64,000 bases of DNA from Raillietiella orientalis (Eukaryota), in assembly GCA_036172245.1 (NCBI GenBank), contig JAYWIR010000013.1, positions 558,001 through 622,000 of the forward strand, in the 5' to 3' direction. The position numbers and the translations under genes were made by a program. The notes under the pieces are model-generated. The model searched no databases and was not told the DNA's origin. It saw nothing but the letters and a program-made list of their open reading frames with translations. Position 1 is the first letter of the stretch. Every line of letters begins with the position of its first letter. Shown in pieces: positions 37,289 to 47,500 of the stretch.

Positions 37289-40200
37289 AGGAAATCGGTC
37301 ATCCTCGTCTCCCTTCGCAACAGGTTCGAAATCTCGAGATTGGGGATCTCCCAAAAGCGAGGCAAAAATATCAGTCCCCCGTGGTCCACCCCAGTGCCGC
37401 TTCATCGGAAAGCTGGAAATGCACAAGGCGACCCAGGAAAGCCTCTCGAAAGTGCCCCACCCTTGAAAGTATTGATGAGCGACCTCCTGCATCCCGTTTT
37501 TTGCCTCCATGACAACAAAAAGTGCCGGATCAGGAAACGAGTCCGCGCGCTATATCACGTGCGGTAGTACCGGCAGAGAAACTGGCTTTTTCCTTCGCGA
37601 AGACCGAGGGCCTGCAGGAAGGTGCCATACTGATAGCGGACTGCTGCTTTCCCTCTTGGTGGATGTTTCCAGAAAACTCACGGTTTTTCCTTGTCCTCCT
37701 CCTCTCCCTCCCCTCCCTCTCTTCTTGCTCCTCCCTCCTCTTCCCCCCTTCTCCTCCTCTTGTAGCCCTTCTGATGAAGAGCTGTTTCGTTCCATCACAC
37801 TATCTTTAATGATTCGAGGTTGCGATAGGTAGAGGGCTCTCGAGGAAAAGAAGTATCTAAATAGCGAATCATTATGAGCATGTCCTTCATGCCATCCTGC
37901 TCCAAGATATGCTGTAGAGATGGGGGATTCGCTACCCGACAGACCCTTTTCCCCGTCATGGTTTTCGAGAGAGCTGTCCAGCCTTCGGACCATGAGTCAC
38001 AGCAAGGCTGGTTGCTAGGGGACCGAACACACTTCTCCAGCCAGCACTTGAGCGGAGGATGCTCTTTCGAATCTCTCTCTGCTCTGGAAGCGAACCAAAG
38101 GGATACCGGATAAGGCGCGATGCCCGCACGGTCCGCCTTCTAGGCTTCTCAGGAGACCGAAACCATGCGAGTCACAGGAGCGTGGGATTCCGTACAATCC
38201 GAGCGTCGGAACTACGGTGACCTTCCCGGAAGGGTTGCGTGACCGGCCGAAGTTTCGCGGGGGAGAATCTTCGACAAGGACAGCAAGCAGGTGCAAGGCG
38301 CGAGGTTTCCCACAGAATCTCCGTTCCGCCTCAGGAGGAGGCCGCCGCACCCGGCTCCGGAAGGTGAAAACCCTGTGCAGCCTTTGGTGGATGAGATCCG
38401 AGATCAGAAAAGGGAGGGAAGGACCAGGACTCATGGAAGCGGCGACGGACGGGATCCCCTGGTGCATTTTAAGCGTGACATCCTGCTCTGAGAAGTACGA
38501 AGGCTAGCTGCTGCTAACGTCATTCCGAGGGACTCGCCCCAAATCTTCTCGACTCGGAGCAGCTGCGCACCCACGCTTGCCGCCGTCCCGATTCCCGCGA
38601 GGTGGAGCTGCCTAACTCTCACCTTTCCTCCCTCTCTTACTCCTGTTGTGGACGCGGAAGGAACGGTCTGGATTCCGCCTCAAGGTACCTCGGCAATAGT
38701 CGTGGACGTTCCTCTGGAGGGCCAGAGAGCAGGAGGTGCAAAAAGAGCAACGCGGTCGCCACTGAGCCCATTTCCCTGTCCTACCTCTGCGCCTTTTTCC
38801 GTCTTCTATCCTCTCCTCCTCCTCCTTTCTCCCTCTTCCCTCCCTTCCTCAGAGGATTGCTCGAGAGAAGAAACCACCGCGGACCTCATCCTACTGGTGG
38901 TACACGTATTGCATGCCGTAGGTGTGCGTCTTGTGATCCATGGGCGATACGTTCCCCCTGAACTCCTTGGACTCCGTGCTGCTGCAAAGCAAAAAATGAG
39001 GTCCAGGTGGAAAGAGATGAGGGTGATGCGCACCAGCAAACAAGCAGTCAAAGTAACCGGAGCAACACCAGAGAAGACACAAACCTATTTGTAGACTGAG
39101 GTGGATGGCATTCCTCCGCTAGTGGTGGTAAAAACTCCTCGACACCTATGCACTGGCATGCCACTGGAAGCAGACAGTCCACAACCATATCTCCTGCAAA
39201 TAGCGTGTTCTTGGAGGGAGAATTCCGATGCTTCGGAGGAACAACAGCTCTTTTGGAAGAGTCCATGGCAGCTGGAACGTAAGTTCCGGAGCAACGGGCC
39301 AGAAAAGAGAGGAATTAAGGACTGAATTCTGAGGAGTACATGAAGGGTGGGTCCTAGCCACGCCTGGAGATTGTGACGGGTGTTGTTCTTTGCTAGGAGG
39401 CCAGCCTCTCTTGAAATTTACTCCTCTTGACCACCCATTTCAGCAACCGGAAGACCGGAGAAAAGAGGGCCTTTCATCATGATGCTAGAGAAGGGAGATG
39501 ACAAAACATTTTGGTGCTTCACGATTCATAGGAATCGTGAAACACGCCAGTGGGACCACAGAGGCTGAGCTGCTGATTGTTCAAGGGGAAAGAAAGTGCG
39601 GGAAAGGTCTTTCTTTACATCTTCTTCATCCAAGAGGGCAAGCAACTGCGAGTAATGGAGAGAAAATCTTGCAGGAAACGACAGCTCCTCTTTCTTGGTG
39701 CAACGGGGTGAGTCGACTGAATTTCCAAGGTCACTTTCAGTGGCAATTCGAACCAGCATATTCAGTTGACGAAAATCTCATTGACCGAGCATCCACTGAC
39801 GGAAAACCTCACTCTGGTGAATCCGAGATTCTAACGTACATCGAATGGAGGAAGAAGACTGGGACATCCTTTGGACCTTCGAAACGGGTGCGATTGAGAG
39901 GACCCGTGACGTGTTCCATCGCGAGCACCGCAAAAAGATATCAAAGACCCAACTGATATGCTTGGGGAACAGGTCACCGAGGGTCCAGGTGCACTCAAAC
40001 GAGTCCTTCGCATCCTGCTCCCAAATGCTCGCGGCAACATCAGACGATGAGGAGGTGTGAACACGAGAAGGTTAGTCAGAGATGAAAACGTGCACAAAGG
40101 GCGACAGCCAGATCGAAGATTGGTCTCCAAAAGTACCACCTGCTCCGAAAGAAATTTGCGTCTATCTGTCCTTTCGACTGAAGTGTCTCCTTGGAGCGAA

Positions 40201-43200
40201 TTTCGTGTAGCACATATCCTATACCATCCCATATCCTATACTCAAACCCATCCTGCTGAACGCAGGAAAGAGGGCGAATTTCAGCCAGCTTCCCGTGATA
40301 TCTCTCTCCGATTCCATCTTCAAGTTCCTCTGTCTCGATTCGCCTTCCACGTGGGAGATCCAGCCTCTAGCTTGATCCTAGGGACTTCCTCGTTGAGAAG
40401 AGCTCCAGTCGCTAGCTCTCACCTGCCTGAGCACGAATGCCGAGCTCCAGATCAAGGCAGGGAGATTCGTCCCTGATTCCTTCTCTACCTTTCTGAAGGC
40501 GAAGGGAGGGGGTGGGATTTGATTTCACCTGGGGGCAGGAACAACAGCTCGGGTTTCGGTTTCTCCTACTAATTCCTTTTTCAACAGCGTGGCGCGAGAA
40601 GTTTCCACGTTCCTCCTGTTCCATCTGCAGGGAAATAAAACGAGGGGGGGGGGGGGACCAGCAGTGATTAAAGCAATGATCCTTCGTAAAGTCAAAGCAC
40701 GGGAAGCTAACGTCCTTTTCTCCCTGGAAGAAATGCCCGCATGCTGAACTTGCTGGTGGTAACGCGGCGAGTGGAAAACCAGACTGGTGTGCCTCTCCTC
40801 TTTGGTTCGCATGGAGATTCCAGCTAAACCTTCCCTCCTTCAGCTGACTCACTCCCGTTTTTCCTGACCTTAGATTTGCTTGCTTCGCCAGCTCAGCAAC
40901 AGCATGTTGCATCATCCTCTTTCACATCATGAAGGAGAATCATCCTCCCTCCATTTGAAACCCGGAGTTTGTACTCGGGTAAAAATGGTTCAGGTGTCAG
41001 TAGTCCGGCTGAGGCCACGTATCAGTAAAGAACTGAGCTTCAGAGCTCGCCTTGCTTAGCGTCTCGCTTAGCAACTCCTCGCTACCGTCCTTAGCAGATT
41101 TTACAATCGTAGTTGAGAATAAATACACATTACTGGCGCGAGGGCTCTTCAAGGTAGTAATTTTGTTCCCCCTGCTTTTTATCATGCACGCCATCATTGG
41201 TTGCAATGAATGTGACAAAGCTGGCAGTGGTAGCTGGCCTTCCTTGCAGGCGAACGATCCCTCAAGTTTCTCCAGGACTTAAGTCTACCGATTGTGCAAC
41301 TACAGTTCCGTGTAAATTAGATTTTCTAATGCCCGCTGGTGCTTTTTCTTGTCTTGTATCTCTACCTTTTTTTTTTTTTTTTCTGGTACATGCGCTGCTG
41401 TTTCTCTTTTAGGCACTTTCCGAAGCAGCAGGGATTCAGTTTCAGCTCTGCTCGGGACAAAAAAAGTGTCGTGCCTGTCTCCGCGATTCGACGAATCTCG
41501 AGGTTTCAATTTTTACAGTTTCTCCTGAAAGTAATTCCCGCAGTCTCGAAAGGGCTTTGGCAGCAGAGTCAAGGGATTTCCGGAAGGCTCCCTAGGAAAG
41601 CAACCAAGGGATTTGTAGGATCCTGCAAACATTCGTACAGCAGGGGCTATTTTGTAGGATTCGCTTAAAGTATTTTTCCTTTCGAGCTCGCCATTAGCAA
41701 CCTTTGTGTAGGTCTTGAATTATCAGGAATCAACAGCCATCGGAATCACCAAGCACAGATCGAGGCACAAGTTCAACAGAGAGAAAGAAAACGCCCTTCC
41801 TGCTAAGGATATGCACAGCGGGTAATGCTTGGTTGTGCAGTGAGACCGCCGGCAATAAGACGTGGGAATAACAGGAATAACAAGGTCCGTGCTTGCATGA
41901 GTTGGAAGGCAGTGCTATCTGCACCTGGTAAGGGCGACCTTTTTTGCCTTGCAGGAGCACGGAGACTTACGGAAGTCGAGAGGAGCGTGCTGTGGATCAT
42001 GAAACGCACACCTAAGTCACACACACCATTCGCGCACAAGGAAACTCATGATGCGAGACAAGCGTTTGTTTCACTCCCACCTGTTATTTACCGTTACCCG
42101 ATGTCTTTGTAGCCATACCAACAATTTAAGCAATTTCAAGAGGAGGAGGAAGAGGGGGGAAGGGAGAGAATTGACCGAAAATGATGGTACACCGCCTGGA
42201 GCAGGAAATCATACTTTATCAGGATCTTTGATAGAATGGGATCATCACGAGAGCAGGATGGCACAGAAGTTTAACTGGAGGGTCTAAAGGTGAACTCTTA
42301 CCCAGCAAAAGAGGAAGTGAAAAAAAAAATTCGTTTGCAAGACGGAACAGGCTTGGTCACATACTGTTCGAGATTGATTCCGAAGCAGAACCAGTGAGTG
42401 ACCTAGAAAACCCACAGATGCCAGACCGCGGGTTATTTGCGAATATGAATATGCCGGTGATTCGCAAAGGGAACCGATGGATACATAACTCATGAACTAG
42501 GCGCCCTATTTGACCGTCATCCTAGCAAGATTCTGTCCTACTACAAAAACTATCGCATTGTTCTACAGGTTGAGATATTCTGTCATGAGGGTTTCGTCCC
42601 ATCTAGAAAATGGTTGCACCATGTCACAGTGCATGACCATGTTTGATTCGTTAACATCGTTTCTTTTCCATCCATAACCCTTCGAGAGTCCTCCTTGGAA
42701 TACGAAGTTTGTTTTTCTAAACGAGCTGCCATCTGTTTTCGCTGTGCTGTGGGTTTTCCGATGATAGTCTTTACTGGACTTCAGATTTCTCAGGACCTTT
42801 TCTAGCGTGAATATTTGCCTTTGTTCTATCGCATAAGCCCCCTCCCCTTCCCCCCTCCCCCTCATGTGCAGAGCTTAGGGCTTATTTTGAATCTAAGAAG
42901 GCTTGTGGATCGGTAAACACGCGTAAACGGAGACTCTCTTCGGCGCTACTTCGGAAGAGGGCGCGCGCGCACCCCTCGGCGGTTGCGTGCAGACGGATTC
43001 GGCGTGCCTGTTCGCGTGCCGAGTGCGCGCGCGCTAGCGCTCAGGCTTCACCTCTTCGGCGCGTCGGCGGCGCACCGGACTCTCCTCCTCAAGTCGATCG
43101 AACGACACAGGAGAACAGGCAGACAGACAGACGAAGAGAGCAACACGCACGGACCCAAGGAGGTGCTCCCCATCGGTTGGGCGAGATGAGGTCGTCGCAC

Positions 43201-44493
43201 GTGCGCGCGACTTGAGCCCGCGGCCTGCACTTGCCGCAATTGACAGCCGTGGCTCCAACGGAGCTTCTTGAGTTTTCGGTCCAGGAGACGTCGGAACTCA
43301 TCCCGGCGTCTCGCGGACCGTTCCCTTTCTCTCAGACTTGTCCTCCCCGTCTACCATCCATTCCATGACCTTTCCACCGTGCGGAAGAAATCGTGTCGAC
43401 AAATGATCACCCCGGACGATGCATCCCCGAGAAATGCGCCGGATGTGGGCCGACACCATCCACTTCCTCATGGTTGCTGGCTGGGACCCCGGAGCGTCTC
43501 GTCGGTCTGCCGCTTCAGGCTTCCAGAAATCTCGCCACCATTGCTCTCTCACTTGCCGAGTTCGCTACTCCCTTCGTCAGCGAACAGGAGAGGAAGAGCG
43601 AGCTTCCTCCCGTGTCGCTCTTCTTCCTTCGAGGACCTCTTTCCCGTGCTCCCTCGCCGCCGCCTCACGTTTGCGGGCGGCATCGAGTAGGATGGCTGGG
43701 GGTTCCCTCCCTTCCCCCCGAGCGTCCGGGATTTCAGCCGTCTCCCGGGATGGTTCGGTTGACTGCAGGTCACGAATTCCCTCGCGTCGCTTGCTCGACG
43801 AAATGTGCCAGCGGGTCGCGTCACCGAGTAGGCAGGTTGGAATGGTGCGCGCAGGGATGCAGGATGCGCGTCACTCTTACCATGCCGAGCACCTCCTGCG
43901 CGTTCGATCCGCGCCGCTTCCTGCGGGCGTCACTCGTACAGTCAGCAGGTCGAAGCGAGCGGCGTCCAGGAATTTGCAGGTGACCGCCGGTGCTGTCACC
44001 CGGGTTCGCCCGGGGCGGGTGACCGCCGGTGTGCAGGGAGTCGCTGGACGCGAGCGGCACGGCTTTACCCTGATGTCTGATCTGGATGCTTGCCTGTCCG
44101 TGAAGGAGCACCCCCTGACCCCTTGAGCTGCCCATCTGTTTATCCAAAGGGATTCCCCGACTGTTATTTGGGCTCCGCCATCATTGGACGTCCTGTGGGC
44201 CGGTAAGGACTCTAGTGCAAAAGCTGGCCGCACGCCCAACAGGATGGATAAATGAGGATGCGGAACACGGTTCAAACTGTCAACAAGCAAGACATCTCGA
44301 GTGTGGTATGGAAAGGCAGAGTTCATGCCATTTTGCGCTGAAAGGAAACCACGCCTGCTACTGGTGAACGGGAATAGACCTGGGGCGAAACGATTCGTAA
44401 AGCACACGTTCGCCCACTTCGGTCGGGGAAGCTGGAATTACCCCCATTATCTGGCGGCAAGCAGTCACAACCAAGCTGCCATGGAGATGTGCA

Positions 44494-44499
44494 TTTATT
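44494..44499 (-). promoter_or_regulatory. Polyadenylation signal (AATAAA) of TTC14
   Basis: TTTATT on + (AATAAA on -) about 60 nt past the TAA stop at 44561-44563, at the end of a short AT-rich 3'UTR. Confidence 0.6.
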
Positions 44500-44560
44500 G
44501 AAAAATACTTGAGTTAAAGAAAGGAAATGATTAAAAATCCTATAACAGGTCCTAATCGTT

Positions 44561-47500
44561 TTACAAAAACTTAGGTTTAAGAAACTGCGAGTTTCTGTCT
44601 TTTAGGTCATCCTTTTTTTGCATCTTCGATTTGCTCATGCTGCTGTCCATGTCTTCATAGCTGTGATGGCTGCTTACCATGCTCACATTATTTCCTCTTT
44701 CCCATCCTCCTTGATCTTTCATTCTAGTCTTGGACTGTGGTTCTCTAACAGGAGATCTGCTCAGCGATTTCGATCTGGACGCCGACTTGGATTGCGACCG
44801 TGTTCTGTGAGAATAGGAGCGAGACCGTGATCGGGAACGTGACCGAGACCTGGAGTCAAATCGAGAATAGTGCGAATAGTAATATCTTCCCCGAGGGACG
44901 AATTTTCGCTGGTAGCGGCCTCTCCCACGGTGGCGGAACGGCCTGCCTCGGAATCTCGGGTCTGGTCGGCGATGGTAGGGGCGAGGGCGGTAGCGTCTCA
45001 CAAGAGATCGCGATCGAGATCTCGAACGTGTACGAGATCGCGACCGCGAATAAGAACGAGACCGCGACCGCGAGTAGGACCTTGTGCGGGACTTGCTCGC
45101 GCTTTTCGAGCGGGTGCGTGTCAGCGACGGAGACTTGTGCACGTCGCGCACATAAAACCCGTGCGACAACTGCGCTGGCTTTTCTTGCTTGTCATCGTCC
45201 TCTTTGGAGAGCGAAGCAGTAGCGGCGGCCAGAGGTGGTGTTGGTGACTGCAGTTTCGGACGAACGGCAGATGGCGCCTCGGCGGATGGTTTGCGCTTGT
45301 CCATACGGAATCCTTCCTTGTAATCATCGAAAATGGAGTGTGGAGGAACAGCACTGCTCTCCTCAGATTGCTGGTGGTGTTCAAGTGCAACCTCTGGTGT
45401 TTTCTGTGCTTCTTTTGGCGATTCCTTTCTGTAAAAACAAATGGAAAGAAAAGTCTTGATGAAAGGAGGCTGGGGTCTTCCTTACCTATCTTTACTCGAA
45501 GGCCCCCATTTGCTTTGATCCTCGTTCAACTTCTCATTCTTTTTGTCAGATGCCCCCTCGAAGTCTTCCCTTTTACCATCTTCTTCTCTGTATAAAGCAA
45601 TTATACATATAGCCCCTACAAAACACTTTACTTACAATGTGTGTTTCTCTTGGATTTTGTCCAGAATAGCAGCAGATTTCCTCCTATGGAGTCCATTTTA
45701 TTTTCCTTCATGGAATTCCATGTACTTACCCTTTAGATTTCTTTTTCGATTTCTTCTTTGAAGTCTCCTCTTCAGATGTTGAAGTGGATGACAGGCTACT
45801 ACCCAAGCTGGAATCGGAGAGGCTGCTGCTGTCCGAGCGAGAACGCTTTTTCCGTTTTTTCTCCTTCTTATCTTCATCCTTTTTGCTGCGCTTCTTCTGC
45901 TTCCTGCAACAAATCTCCAGAACATGCACATCGCTCTGCATACATACTCTTCAACTCTTGCGTAGTACGCATTCAGTTTTGCTTCCAGAGCTTCCAAGTT
46001 GGGTAACTGGTCCAATGAATCTTCCCTAATGCGACGGTAACATTCAATTCCATCTTCAACACACACTCACCCTTCCATGGCTGCAGTCTCTTTCTTCATT
46101 TTTTTTAAAAGCTTGGGATAATTGTTGTACAGAAACTCATCTTCAGTTTCCAGCAAACTTTTCCTCTTGTTGCCCTCGTCATGCTTGTGGCCCAGTTTTT
46201 TGTGCTTGTCTGAACACATCTAAATGCAAAGCTACTTCAAGGGAATTTTCTACCTTTTCTCTTATCTTCTTTGGACCGTTTCTCTTTCTTCTCTTTTTTC
46301 CTTTTTTTCTTCTCATCCCTGTGCTTCTCCTTCTTTTCTTTCTCTCCCTTTTTTCTAAAATATCTCCTGTTTTCAGCTGTTTCACAGTCTTTCACTCACC
46401 TCTCTTCTTTGCCTGATGTTTGTTCCAGGAATTTCCTCATTTTTGCTTCATATTCAACATCCACGTTAGTAATTCCAGTAGGAGGTACTGGAGCAGGCAC
46501 AGGCACAGGAGGAGGATACATGTAGTGTGGAGGCACACCTGTCCCATTCATATCTTCTCTGGATATGAAATCTGAGAGCTGTATCTTCAGAACTTACTTG
46601 TATATGGAGGATGCAATGGCAATAGGCCATAAGGAGCTGGCTGATTGCTAAAACATGAACTAATGTTTCCTAATGAATCTAGAGGGCACTGCTTGGCATC
46701 CTTTTCTGGATGCATACCAGTATTCTTTTCAAACATCGCCATTCTTCTGCTCAATGGAGAGAGAGATTTTTCTCGATGATCTTTAGATCTGTTGCACGAT
46801 GCATTAGGTTAGAGCAAGTTTTAGCACTGCAGACCAAAGCAATTACCTTTTCTTCTTTTTTGAATGGGAACCTTCGGAGTCTTCTGAGCTTTCTGATGAT
46901 CCGCTAGTGCTCGAAGATGTCACATATGATGATGAAGAACTACTACTTGAAGAACTGGAGCGTTTCTTACGCTTCCTTCTAATAAAAAATTGTAACTATT
47001 TTATCAAAGATATAGTCCGTGAGAACCTTTTTTCCTTTTTCTTTCCCTCTTGTTCTTGTATCAGCTGTTTTAACTTGCTGCCCATCTCTCGTTTTTTTCG
47101 TGTCAGCAAGCCCAATGGCATCAACAAATCCTCACTATCAATCTGATGAACAGAGGTGAACATATACTAAAAGCACAATCAATCATACTTCTTTAGTTTT
47201 CTTCTGAAGATATTTAACAGATTCCAGAGCTTCCTCATGATCAGGCATCCACTCCAGACATTTACTATATATTTCAAGTGCCTCTTCCCATTTATTATCA
47301 TCCTCATAACTATACCACTTTTTTGGAGCATTATACATTGTTAAAATTACCTTCTGCCAATAGCCACGAGTGTTTCTGCTAGGTACTTGACGGCATTCTG
47401 GTGCTTGGGATTGATTTTCAGTGCCAATTCAAAATCGTCCACAGCCTTTTTGAAGGATCCACCATTTGCATACCTGACTCCCAATAAGAGCAATTAAATG

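Noticed and set aside
39000..40480. Medium-GC ORFs 39498..39956, 39845..40060 and 40057..40476
   Set aside because: No recognisable motifs and no consistent exon chain could be built; a search would be needed to exclude an old transposon remnant.
42873..42884. GCTTAGGGCTTA as a telomere seed or telomerase template
   Set aside because: Under two units of a non-standard 7-mer, no array and no supporting RNA structure; compatible with chance.
43325..43345. GGACAAGTCTGAGA on - strand resembling RNase P CR-I
   Set aside because: No matching CR-V sequence able to form the P4 helix was found downstream.
43840..43922. Possible intact tRNA gene around GTTCGATCC
   Set aside because: T-arm is good but the acceptor stem has two mismatches and no proper anticodon arm forms; kept only as part of a structured-cassette finding.
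44561..45304. RS-rich ORF as a stand-alone SR protein gene
   Set aside because: The frame extends upstream to an acceptor at 45429 and links in phase to the TTC14 exon chain; no RRM is present.
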